The notes under the pieces are model-generated. The model did not search any database and was not told the DNA's origin. It saw only the letters and a list, made by a program, of their open reading frames with translations. A stretch of DNA of 64,000 bases from Terrimicrobiaceae bacterium (lineage in GTDB: Bacteria > Verrucomicrobiota > Verrucomicrobiia > Chthoniobacterales > Terrimicrobiaceae): positions 1-64,000 of the forward strand of contig JBGSVZ010000046.1 in NCBI GenBank assembly GCA_041752695.1, read 5' to 3'. The position numbers and the translations under genes are program-made. The first letter of the stretch is position 1, and each line of letters opens with the position of its first letter. Shown piece by piece: positions 9,219-18,033 of the stretch.

Positions 9219-9755
9219 TCAGCGCGAACGTCGGGAAAGGCGCTGGTGGAGGGCAAACATGCCGATGGCCATGGGCGGGAAAGCCAGCAAGGGCCAGTAG
9301 GTCAGCACGGGAGCGCGGGGAGGTTGGGCTTCCACGGGAATGGAAAGAATCGCCTCGGCGTCCGGGGTTTTCACGGTGACGGAAATGTTCGAAGGCCCCG
9401 CCGATCGCACCGGCAGGATGGTGCCGTAGAGCAGCTTGTTCTGGGAATGGGCACGCCGGGCGGGAGTTTTGCCGAGAGCAGTTTCCATGCTACAGCACGG
9501 GGGCAGCCATTCCGCCGATGCCGACGGCGAGGAAGGGGTCCAGCCGAGATCGACCACGGCGTCGAGGACCGCCCTCCCCTTGGCGTCCTGCACCAAAACA
9601 CTGACGTCCACCGGCCCGGCTCGCAGCGGGAAAGGGGAGGCAAAAACTGTCAGATCGAGGCCATTGATCTTTTCCCGCGCAATGATCGCCCCACCGTCGG
9701 CGAGGCCAAATCCGAGGGAAGCAAAGTGAAATCCCAAAACCAAAAGGCTCTTCAT
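9219..9755 (-). CDS. Exported, C-terminally membrane-anchored protein, possible YtkA/FixH-like oxidase accessory factor
   Basis: Signal peptide, PLRAGPVDVSVLVQD, PPCCSM, C-terminal TM; function inferred. Confidence 0.55.
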   Translation of the reverse strand: MKSLLVLGFHFASLGFGLADGGAIIAREKINGLDLTVFASPFPLRAGPVDVSVLVQDAKGRAVLDAVVDLGWTPSSPSASAEWLPPCCSMETALGKTPARRAHSQNKLLYGTILPVRSAGPSNISVTVKTPDAEAILSIPVEAQPPRAPVLTYWPLLAFPPMAIGMFALHQRLSRRSR

Positions 9756-9775
9756 TCTGGCTACCATCTCACGAA

Positions 9776-9789
9776 AAGCCGGGGCCTCA
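9776..9789 (+). repeat. Direct repeat copy 1 (AAGCCGGGGCCTCA)
   Basis: Matches 14503-14515 except for one G. Confidence 0.5.
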
Positions 9790-9904
9790 AACTTTTCCCG
9801 CTGTGGGGGATGGCCTGGGGAATCCGTCGATCTCCTGGCCAGGGCGAATATGGGCTGTGTAGAAATTCGGGGAAGAAAACCGGAGGCTTGCGCCTTTCAG
9901 GCCA

Positions 9905-12589
9905 TCACTTCCTGTCGAGCCCGACAGTTTCCCCCACGCCGCGATATCGATCGGGATGGCAGGTGAGGATGAGGGTTTGGAGGTTTGGCGAGAGGGTCGT
10001 GAGGAGGTCGAGAATGCGTTCCTGACGGACGGAGTCGGTGTTGACGAGGACGTCGTCGAGAATGAGGACTTGCGGCTCTTCGGTGGCGAGTTCCCGGGCG
10101 ACCGCGAGGCGGAGGCAGAGGAGGAGTTGCTCGCGGGCGCCTTGGGACAGGAGGGCAAACGCGTGGAGTTCCTCGCGGGAGCGGCCGAGTCCGGCGATTT
10201 GCAGGTTGTCGTCAAGGAAAACACGGCGGGAGGCCTGGCCGGAGAGTTCGGCAAAGGCGGCGCTGAGGCGATCTTCCAGCGGGGCGAGGACGGCACGAGT
10301 GGCGGCCTGTTTGCGAAACTCCAGGAGGTCGTGGGCAATGCGGGCGGACCATCCGAGGTCGCGGGAGGTGTCGCGACGGAGGAGGATTTCCGCCTTCTTT
10401 TCTTCGAGTTCTGTCTCGCGGGAATAGATGCCCTGCCCGCCGAGCGATTCGAGGGCACCCCGGGCCGCGTCGCGTTCGGCGCGGCGGGATTGCAGTTCGT
10501 TGGCCAGTTGCTGAAGGGCGATGGCAGCGCGGCGGCTGCGTTCGGGAAGCTTCTCAAACTCCGGGGGCAAGGCGGCACGGGCCGCAGCGACACGGGCCTC
10601 CGCTTGGGTGAAGGAGAGCTGTGCCTGGGTTTTGGCGGCGTCAAGTCCGGCCGGGTAGCGGGCGACGAGGTCGGCGATCTGGGTTTCCAAGGTCTGGCGA
10701 CGGGCGCGGAGTTCGGCCGTGGCCGCGGAGGATTTTTCCGTGGCGGCGGTGGCATCACGCTCGGTCCGGCGTAAGGCGGAGAGGTGTTCGTCGCAGGCGC
10801 GGAGGGTTTTTTCCGCGGCGGGGATGGCCTCCGCGAGACGGGCTTCCTCGGCGTCCCAGGCCGTGGAACTGCGGGTGGCTTCCTCTGGGCTGGGAGCCAG
10901 AACTTCCTCCAGAGCGCGGGCCTTTTGCCAGGCCTCCGCGAGGGCGCGGGCCAGGGTGTCCGGGCTGGCATGGGCGCCGAGGTGTTGGGTTTGAAGGCTG
11001 GTTGCGACCTTGATTTCGGCCTCGACTTCCTTCCGTGCGGAGGCGGTTTCCCGGGCCGCTTCGACGGAGAGAACGCCGGCATCCTGGAGGGAGGAAGACA
11101 GCCGGGTGGTTTCGGAGGCGAGATCCCGGGCAATGTCGCGGGACTCGGTCGCCCCGGAGCGGATGACGATACGCCCCCACCCCTCAAGACGCAGGTCAAG
11201 CGTTTGCGGACGGTGCAGGCGGGTGGGCCGTTGGGCGGGAAGAGCCAGACGGGAAGGGCCTTCGGTCGCGGCGGCCTCTTTCTCCGGAGTGAGCTCCACG
11301 GTAAGGCCCAGCGCATCGCCCTGGGCGGTAAGGGTGCGGATCTTTTCGGCCGACTCCTCAAGGCGACGAAGGGTGGCCGGGGTGATCGCGGGAAGGCCGG
11401 TCAGCTTTTCTTGCAGTGAGGCGAGGGTCGAGGCCGCCACGGAGACGCTTTCTTCCTGGCGGGCGAGCGTGGCCGATTGAACCGAGAGCGCGCGGAGCTT
11501 GACGAAGGATTGCGAACGCTGATGGGCGGATCGCAAGGCCGCGAGGGCGTGGTCGAGGGCGGGGCGTTGGTCCTGCGCTTTGTCAATCTCGGCCCGGAGG
11601 GTTTCCAGCCGTGCCTGGAGCGTTCGGGCGGACTCCTCCGCTTGGGCGAGAGCGGTGGCGAAGGCAGCCAGTTCCCCACGTCGGGCGGTTTGGCTCTCGA
11701 CGTCGCGGCTGACGGTTTGCAGTGCGGTCTGCGCGGCGGTGAACTCGGACAGGCGTTGGTCGAGATCGGCCTTGCCCTTCTCGGAGGCGGCTGCGAGGGC
11801 GTGCAGTTCCTGCGCCGCAGTGGTTCGCTCGGAGTGTTCCTTTTCAAGATGAGCCACCGCAGCCAGGGCACCTTGGTATCGCTGGCTGGTGGATTCCATC
11901 TCGGCCCGTGTCTGGGCCAGCGCGGCGAGGGCATCATCGATGGCGGCCGGTTCGGCTTCGGCCTGACCGAGGGGGCCGTTCTTTTTGACTTGTCCGGTCG
12001 AAGTCAAAAGTTCCTCGGCAGCGGACAGCAGGCGCTGGCGGAGACGGTCAATTAAAGGGTCTATTTCCACGCGGGCCAGGCGCGAGCGGATCGTGGGGCC
12101 CAGTGCATCTCCGTTGAGATCGGGCCAGTCGACAGGCTCGCCCTGACGGGCCCAGAGAAATCCGAGCAGTCCCCAGTGTTCGGGCTTGGTCGCGCCCCGG
12201 CCGGGGAGAGACGAGCAGAGCAATTCCTGCATGCGGCGGTCGGCGGCATCGCCGTCGGCTACGGGTTCCCACCGTCCGTCCTGCCACTTCTGGAGGAGGC
12301 TGCGCGGGGCGTTGAGGAAAGTTTTTTCGATGCGGAAGCGTCCGGCCGCGGTGGCAAAATCCACCGCGATTCGCGGGCTCAGGTCGGTGCCGGCGGGCTG
12401 GAGGGATTTCAGTTCGTCGCCCTTGGTGGTGTGTTTGTCGAAAAGGGCGCGAGCGGCGGCCCGAAGTGAGGTGGTTTTTCCCGACTCGTTGGGAGCGGCC
12501 AGAATGTTGATGCCGGGGGTGAACGGGCCGAGGGTCACGTGCTCACGAAACGGGCCGACACCTTCAAGCTCAATGCGGTGAAGGATCAC
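9905..12589 (-). CDS. Rad50/SbcC/YhaN-like SMC-type ATPase
   Basis: Walker A APNESGKTT, long coiled coil, signature LSQGAREQ, Walker B ILDDVLVNTD, H-loop TCH; no CxxC zinc hook. Confidence 0.9.
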   Translation of the reverse strand: MILHRIELEGVGPFREHVTLGPFTPGINILAAPNESGKTTSLRAAARALFDKHTTKGDELKSLQPAGTDLSPRIAVDFATAAGRFRIEKTFLNAPRSLLQKWQDGRWEPVADGDAADRRMQELLCSSLPGRGATKPEHWGLLGFLWARQGEPVDWPDLNGDALGPTIRSRLARVEIDPLIDRLRQRLLSAAEELLTSTGQVKKNGPLGQAEAEPAAIDDALAALAQTRAEMESTSQRYQGALAAVAHLEKEHSERTTAAQELHALAAASEKGKADLDQRLSEFTAAQTALQTVSRDVESQTARRGELAAFATALAQAEESARTLQARLETLRAEIDKAQDQRPALDHALAALRSAHQRSQSFVKLRALSVQSATLARQEESVSVAASTLASLQEKLTGLPAITPATLRRLEESAEKIRTLTAQGDALGLTVELTPEKEAAATEGPSRLALPAQRPTRLHRPQTLDLRLEGWGRIVIRSGATESRDIARDLASETTRLSSSLQDAGVLSVEAARETASARKEVEAEIKVATSLQTQHLGAHASPDTLARALAEAWQKARALEEVLAPSPEEATRSSTAWDAEEARLAEAIPAAEKTLRACDEHLSALRRTERDATAATEKSSAATAELRARRQTLETQIADLVARYPAGLDAAKTQAQLSFTQAEARVAAARAALPPEFEKLPERSRRAAIALQQLANELQSRRAERDAARGALESLGGQGIYSRETELEEKKAEILLRRDTSRDLGWSARIAHDLLEFRKQAATRAVLAPLEDRLSAAFAELSGQASRRVFLDDNLQIAGLGRSREELHAFALLSQGAREQLLLCLRLAVARELATEEPQVLILDDVLVNTDSVRQERILDLLTTLSPNLQTLILTCHPDRYRGVGETVGLDRK

Positions 12590-13797
12590 GCCGCGGCCTC
12601 CTGAAGATTCTGCAAAAGGACCTGGCGGAGTTTCCCAAAAAAGGCGGGCGTGAGGGCGGAGAGTTCAATTTTGGCCCCGGCCAGAATCTGCTGCACCTCC
12701 GCCAGGGAGAGCGGGGAAGAGGCGGCGGCGGGTTCGGATTTTCCGGTGGCGAGGCTTTCCAGACGGTCGATATCCTCAAGAACCTGCGCGAGAATAGGGT
12801 GGCGGGAACGGAGGTCCTGCAGCTCGATTTCGCTGAGCGCCACAGTGGAACGATCCACGACCTGACCGACAAGGAAGGGGGCTGTGAGGGATTCGCACTC
12901 CGAGCGCGCTTCGCTGATGACGCGGGGTGAGGCGGAGCCGGAAAGCGTGATGCGCACGACGGTGGACGCGGGAGCCCACTCCTTGAGCGCCGACGCGAGG
13001 GCGGCGCGGGAGGAATCAAGTGAGAGAAAATCGAGGGTCATCGATCGCCACTGCAACCCGGCCACCGGGAGGCGCTCGACCTTGGGCGGAGCGCCGTCGG
13101 CGGCAATTTCCACCAGGGCGACGCTGCCTCCCTCCTGGTCGAACTGATCGGGCTCCGGCGTCCCCGGCATGACGATCCGCCCCCCGTCCGTGTCTGCGAG
13201 CCAGTTATGCCAATGGCCGACGGCGAGGTAGTCGAGACCGGCGCGCGAGGCGGCATCGAGGGCAATGGGAAAATCGTTCGGCTGGTGTTTTCCCTCGATG
13301 GCCAGGGCTCCGTGGGTGATGCCGATTTTGAGCGAGTCCCCGGGCAACGTCGCGGCCAGCTCCGCGAGCTTGAGGCTGGGGTCGGTGGTGGAAAGCTTTT
13401 GGTGCAGCGGCGAGGCTAGAAGATAAGCGCCGCCAAGATCAGTGACGCCGGCTTGGCGAAGGACGTGGACATTGGCGGGGGCGGCCAGAAATGCGCGGCG
13501 ATGCCAGACCGAGTCGGGACCGGTTTCGGGATCATGATTGCCCGGCAGGAGATAAACCGGCACCTCCGGAAACGCCCCGAAAATTGCGACCACTTCCGCG
13601 ACCACCCGCTCATCAACCTGGTTGTCCTCAAACAAATCCCCGGCGATCAGGCAGGCATCCACCGTGTGTTTCCGGGCCAGTTCCATGCTACGGCGGAGCG
13701 TGTCCAGCCGGGCCTGGCGCAGAAGGTCCGCCTTCGCGCCGAACTGCCGGAAGCGCGCACCGAGCTGCCAGTCGGCGGAATGCAGGAAACGGATCAT
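12586..13797 (-). CDS. Mre11/SbcD/YhaO-like metallophosphoesterase nuclease
   Basis: ADWQLG, AGDLFE, PGNHD, THG, GHWH, PGTPEP motifs; 4-bp overlap with the ATPase gene. Confidence 0.9.
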   Translation of the reverse strand: MIRFLHSADWQLGARFRQFGAKADLLRQARLDTLRRSMELARKHTVDACLIAGDLFEDNQVDERVVAEVVAIFGAFPEVPVYLLPGNHDPETGPDSVWHRRAFLAAPANVHVLRQAGVTDLGGAYLLASPLHQKLSTTDPSLKLAELAATLPGDSLKIGITHGALAIEGKHQPNDFPIALDAASRAGLDYLAVGHWHNWLADTDGGRIVMPGTPEPDQFDQEGGSVALVEIAADGAPPKVERLPVAGLQWRSMTLDFLSLDSSRAALASALKEWAPASTVVRITLSGSASPRVISEARSECESLTAPFLVGQVVDRSTVALSEIELQDLRSRHPILAQVLEDIDRLESLATGKSEPAAASSPLSLAEVQQILAGAKIELSALTPAFFGKLRQVLLQNLQEAAA

Positions 13798-13814
13798 GGG
13801 GAAATCAGCACGGG

Positions 13815-14240
13815 TCAGTCTGTGGCAGCAAGGAACGGATTGATGATCCTCACGGAGCCAAAGCTTTGGTCGTGATTGAAGTCTTCCGAATACAATGTGT
13901 GGCAACCCAGTTCCACTGCCGCCGCCACGATGGCGGCATCCCAGTGGGAAAGCTTGTGACGCCGACGAAGTGTGACCGAAGCGATGACCAATTCGTGTGT
14001 GATGGGCAAAACGGGGACATGGCTGGCGAGTTCGAGAGTCGCGTCGATATTGGCCTCCGTGATGCCGAGCGCCTTCTTCTTCAGGGCATTGGCGATAAAT
14101 TCCTGCAGGACCTGCGCAGAGAGAGCGAACCGTGTGTTGAGGATCAAATCCCCGGCGCGTTCGCGCTTGAGTCGGTCCGCCGGTGCGGCAGAACTGGCAT
14201 AAAGGAGGACGTTCGCATCGAGAAAGCAGTCAGCGGTCAT
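13815..14240 (-). CDS. vapC: PIN-domain (VapC-type) toxin
   Basis: FLDANVLLY, QVLQEF, SHWDAAIVAAA, LYSEDF, INPF. Confidence 0.88.
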   Translation of the reverse strand: MTADCFLDANVLLYASSAAPADRLKRERAGDLILNTRFALSAQVLQEFIANALKKKALGITEANIDATLELASHVPVLPITHELVIASVTLRRRHKLSHWDAAIVAAAVELGCHTLYSEDFNHDQSFGSVRIINPFLAATD

Positions 14241-14469
14241 GGATCTCGTCACGCCGCAGGGGAACCATCGGTTTCGTATTGGAGGCTTTCATGCGCTGGA
14301 GAAGCCGCTTCATCACGAATTTGCGTTCCTTCTCGGGGTCGGGGACGGGGTGACTGATGGCATAATCCAGACCTTGAAAAACAAGCTCCCTCAGCGTGGT
14401 TTTCCGCTGAGCCGCCGCGATTTTCGCGCGGTGAAGCAGGTCTTCCGGGAAATCGATGGTGGTCTTCAC
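14230..14469 (-). CDS. VapB-type ribbon-helix-helix antitoxin
   Basis: MKTTIDFPEDLL..AK..AA....TL.ELV; overlaps the PIN gene. Confidence 0.8.
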   Translation of the reverse strand: MKTTIDFPEDLLHRAKIAAAQRKTTLRELVFQGLDYAISHPVPDPEKERKFVMKRLLQRMKASNTKPMVPLRRDEIHDR

Positions 14470-14473
14470 TAAG

Positions 14474-14504
14474 CAAGTAATATTGCAATACTGCCGTTGG
14501 TCAA
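14474..14504 (-). promoter_or_regulatory. Promoter/autoregulatory operator of the vapBC pair
   Basis: Perfect palindrome TATTGCAATA (14481-14490) lying between minus-strand TTGACC and the GTG start. Confidence 0.5.
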
Positions 14505-14515
14505 GCCGGGCCTCA
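14503..14515 (+). repeat. Direct repeat copy 2 (AAGCCGGGCCTCA)
   Basis: Matches 9776-9789; ends 2 nt from the stop codon of the CtaG fusion. Confidence 0.5.
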
Positions 14516-14517
14516 GC

Positions 14518-16758
14518 TCAATGCATCACCGTGCCACGCATTTCCATCGGTTGAAAAATGATCCACACCCCGGCGGCAAAAAGCAGGGCAGCCAGCGTCG
14601 CCCAGGGCAGAAAAACCCGCAGGGTCCGAACGGGGGCGATCTGGCGGGCGATATTCCAACAGACAAATAGCGAAAGCAGGAGCCCGAGGTCGAGGAGGAG
14701 GAGTTCCAGCGCCGGCAGGTCGTAGAACGCCCAGGAGGCCACGGTCCAGGCAGGCTGGGTCGCCATCAGTCCAAGCTCACGGGCGGCGCGGTGAAAAACC
14801 GGAATCGGCGTGAGTGCAGCCGTAAAAAAGTGAAAGACAAAATGCGCCAGCCACATGCCAAAGCCAAGCGGAGCCAGAGCCAGCGAAAACCGGCAGAGGT
14901 TTTCTTTCCAAACGCCCCCACCGAGCGCGCTGCTCAGCCAGGCGGCGAGGGAAGCGGTGGTGGCGGGCAGAACGATGAGGCTAAGAACCGCGAGTCCGGC
15001 CACCCGCCAGAGATCTCCCGTCGGACCGAACGACTCCAGCCAGCGGAGAACGGGCAGCACCATGCCGGCAGCGTTGGCGAAGGCCCCAAAGGTGAGCAAA
15101 AGAGCCAGCGCAGCGAGATCGAGGCGCCGGGCGTACCGACCCACCGAGGAGCGGGGCAGATCGGCGATGAGATCGCGGCCGGGGACGACGGCGATGAGCC
15201 CAACGTTGTCGTGCGGGCAGGCCTTCACACAATCGAGACAAAATGTGCAATCCATATTCCCCTGCTTGCGGGGCTGGAAAAGTTTCAGCTCGCAACCGCG
15301 TTGCTGCGAGTTGCCCTTGATGCAATCGAACGTCCGGCAGGTCGCGCAGACGTCCGGCTGCCGGACCTTGATTTCGAACGGCGAGGCCAGCGACTGGAGG
15401 AAATGAAATTGCCCGATCGGACAGACAAATTTGCAAAAACTCGCATCGCGGAAAAATCCATCAATCAACAGGGCCCCGAGGAAATAGCCGAGGATGATCC
15501 ACGCCGTGGCGGCGGGGTTATCCCAAAGATCAAACGCCTCGTAAGCCCAAAGATAAGCCGCCAGCAGACCCACCGCGAGCCATTTGGAGCGCAGGGCCCG
15601 CGGCCAGCGAAAACGCGCGGGAAGAATCTTGCGCCCAAGATCCCGCACGAACGTGAACGGACACGCCATACAAAAAAGATTCCCGATGGCCAGCAACGCG
15701 ACCACCGTGAAGGCCCGCCAGTGGGTCCAGGGCAGGACCCCCGCCAGATTGATCGGGCTGATCTGCGGACCGAGAAGGCCGTCCACCACGATCACCGCCG
15801 CCAGGACAAGCATGAGGATTTGCAGGGTCCGCCGGAAATGCCGCCAGCGCAGGACCGGACCGAGAATGGGGACGCGGAAAAGGTCCAGGGAATTTTGGAT
15901 TTTAGATTTTGGATTTTGGATTTTCGGCGCCTCGGGCGCATACCGCCGTTTCGGCGACAGAAACTGAATGGCAATCACCGCAGCGGGCACCAGGAAGGCC
16001 ACTGAACCCGGCACCCACATGATCGCACCCGCACCGGCCTGATCATCCAGCGGACTGAGGCTGCCGAGGCGCGGGGCGTTTTCGTAGGTAGGGTAAAGGA
16101 CACGGTCGTAGAAAGAGAGAAACGCGGCGAGGGCGGTGTTTTGCAGATCGGCCAGCAAGAGGTAAGGAATGATCGCCCAGCGCGGCCAGTGCGGGCGGCT
16201 GGGCCAGGGCTGGACAACGTGCCACCAGAACAGGAGGGCCGTGCCGAGAAAGCAGAGGTGTTCGATCTTGTGCCAGCCTGGCGAGCCAAGCGCGAGTTCG
16301 TAGAACGGCGGGAAATGCCAGAGCACGTTGCTGAGGATAAAAAGACTCCAGCAAACCACGGGATGAGTGAGCCGGTGGACCGCAGCCTTGAGCAGGGGCC
16401 AATTGAGAAAGGGACCTAGCGCCTGACTGACAAAGCGACGCGGCAGTCCCACCAGAAGGGGAAGCTGCGGCGCACCAAGCAAAAGCAAAGGCGGCGCGAT
16501 CATGGTCAGCAACAAATGCTGCACCATGTGGGCCGTCAGGAGAAACGAGGCGAAGGCGTCGAGCGGCGAAGCCAGGGACACATAGACCGCGGTGAGTCCG
16601 CCGAAAAAACACCCGAGGCGCCAGACCGGGAAACGTCCCGGGACCTGGCGATGGAGCTGACGCCAACCGAGGAAATAGATGGCCGCGGACGCAAGCAGCC
16701 CAAACGCCGGGAGGGGTTCAAACGTCCATGACAAAAGCGCGGCGGTTTCGGTGTTCAC
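14518..16758 (-). CDS. CtaG (caa3 assembly factor) fused to a membrane 4Fe-4S (CcoG/NapH-like) domain
   Basis: SPLD...HMVQH.LL..IAPPLL, WH.P..Y, DQ..AG.IMW (CtaG); FCMACP, FCKFVCPIG, CATC...DC, CTFCLDCVKACP. Confidence 0.85.
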   Translation of the reverse strand: MNTETAALLSWTFEPLPAFGLLASAAIYFLGWRQLHRQVPGRFPVWRLGCFFGGLTAVYVSLASPLDAFASFLLTAHMVQHLLLTMIAPPLLLLGAPQLPLLVGLPRRFVSQALGPFLNWPLLKAAVHRLTHPVVCWSLFILSNVLWHFPPFYELALGSPGWHKIEHLCFLGTALLFWWHVVQPWPSRPHWPRWAIIPYLLLADLQNTALAAFLSFYDRVLYPTYENAPRLGSLSPLDDQAGAGAIMWVPGSVAFLVPAAVIAIQFLSPKRRYAPEAPKIQNPKSKIQNSLDLFRVPILGPVLRWRHFRRTLQILMLVLAAVIVVDGLLGPQISPINLAGVLPWTHWRAFTVVALLAIGNLFCMACPFTFVRDLGRKILPARFRWPRALRSKWLAVGLLAAYLWAYEAFDLWDNPAATAWIILGYFLGALLIDGFFRDASFCKFVCPIGQFHFLQSLASPFEIKVRQPDVCATCRTFDCIKGNSQQRGCELKLFQPRKQGNMDCTFCLDCVKACPHDNVGLIAVVPGRDLIADLPRSSVGRYARRLDLAALALLLTFGAFANAAGMVLPVLRWLESFGPTGDLWRVAGLAVLSLIVLPATTASLAAWLSSALGGGVWKENLCRFSLALAPLGFGMWLAHFVFHFFTAALTPIPVFHRAARELGLMATQPAWTVASWAFYDLPALELLLLDLGLLLSLFVCWNIARQIAPVRTLRVFLPWATLAALLFAAGVWIIFQPMEMRGTVMH
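15892..15924. repeat. Heptamer tandem repeat (ATTTTGG, ~4.7 units) inside a coding linker
   Basis: ATTTTGG ATTTTAG ATTTTGG ATTTTGG ATTTT; reads KIQNPKSKIQN on the minus strand. Confidence 0.9.
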
Positions 16759-16794
16759 GGAATCCAGTTCAGCTCGCGAACCCCGGGTTTTGGG

Positions 16795-17040
16795 TCAGCC
16801 ATTTATTTTTGACATAGCAAGGATTGCATCCCACACGCCCAGAAGCTGACGATCTTTCCTTCGCTGTCGTCTGGTTTCCGCTGCGAGGCGGCAGACTCCC
16901 GCTCGTGTCCCCATGTGCTGTTGCTCGCTGATCCAATCCAGTTTCATCGTCGTCTCCGCGTGGATCATCGCCGCCAGCAGGCGTTTTCTCCAGTCCCCTT
17001 TTCGCTTTCCAGGCTGTGCGTTTTCGTTCCGGGCCGGAGC
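16795..17040 (-). pseudogene. C-terminal remnant of a probable Y1/HUH (RAYT/IS200-like) transposase
   Basis: Hand translation ...KRKGDWRKRLLAAMIHAETTMKLDWISEQQHMGTRAGVCRL...MSKING*; TGA stop lies inside the inverted repeat; in-frame stop upstream and no N-terminal catalytic domain; not in ORF track. Confidence 0.65.
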
Positions 17041-17118
17041 TTACCAACGCTCTCCCGCTCCCCTTACCTGTCATCTATAAACGTGTTGACTTTTGAAAAG
17101 GCCGGTCTTTTATGAGGT

Positions 17119-17949
17119 ATGAGAACGTCGGAAGAGCCTCATCCAGCCATCTCGCCTTATCGAATCCTTGACTTGGCAGGGAACGTGGAAGTCGAGGTGG
17201 ACCGGGCGGAGTTGCGGCGACGGTTTAACCGGGACGGCATTGTGGTCCTGCCAGGCTTTCTGTCTGAGGCTGAGTTGATCCCGTTGCGGCGTGAGTTGGA
17301 GGCCCATTATGCTCCGCTAGCCGCGACTGCGGCTACGGCACACAATGGGAGCGGGGTTTTGGCGAAGTTTGAATGTGATGTGATGGTGTGGGCACCTTTG
17401 GCAGAGGGGAATGTGGAGTTTATCGCCTTGAACGAAATGCCGGCTCTAGCCGAGGTGACGGAGGCTTTGCTGGATCGCGGCTACAACACGAATCCGAAGG
17501 GCCTGGTGATGTATTCGGTGGGCGGTGGGCGCGGTCAGGCGTGGCACCAGGATTGCCCACCGGGCGGTCCGGAAAGCAAGGAGTTCAACCTGAACCGCCT
17601 TTTCTATACGGAGGATGTGGCGCTGGAGGATGGGGCCATCGTGTTTGTGCCTGGCTCGCATCGGCTGGGGCGTATTCCTTCGGGCGGCCATCAGGACCCA
17701 ATTGAGGGCGAGATCACGCTGGAACCGCGTGCCGGGACTCTCGTCCTGCTACACGGTCACGTCTACCACCGGGTGACTCCGAATCTGAACATGAAGCCGC
17801 GCACGTCTATCAATCTCAGGGCCTACCCCGCCGGAATTGATGCTACGGTGACTTGCATTGGGGTGTACCGAAATGGCGACGTGAATTTCTGCGAAACTTT
17901 CAAACAACACGACGGCAAACCCGCGGAGCTCGTGGCGACGATGCGATAG
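17119..17949 (+). CDS. Phytanoyl-CoA dioxygenase (PhyH) family Fe(II)/2-oxoglutarate dioxygenase
   Basis: F.RDG.VVLPG, WHQD, VPGSH, H..YHRV.PN...PR motifs. Confidence 0.85.
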   Translation: MRTSEEPHPAISPYRILDLAGNVEVEVDRAELRRRFNRDGIVVLPGFLSEAELIPLRRELEAHYAPLAATAATAHNGSGVLAKFECDVMVWAPLAEGNVEFIALNEMPALAEVTEALLDRGYNTNPKGLVMYSVGGGRGQAWHQDCPPGGPESKEFNLNRLFYTEDVALEDGAIVFVPGSHRLGRIPSGGHQDPIEGEITLEPRAGTLVLLHGHVYHRVTPNLNMKPRTSINLRAYPAGIDATVTCIGVYRNGDVNFCETFKQHDGKPAELVATMR

Positions 17950-18033
17950 CGTCGAAAGGCCGAAAGCCTGGCCAGCCCCGACGGCTCGGACAAATCTGTC
18001 CATCACCAGCTGGCGGCAAAATACCAATATTCA

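Noticed and set aside
17951..17982. Nested hairpin after the dioxygenase (AGGC-CGAAA-GCCT within GTCG...CGAC) as a ribozyme or attC site
   Set aside because: Short stems, no catalytic-core or attC box consensus.
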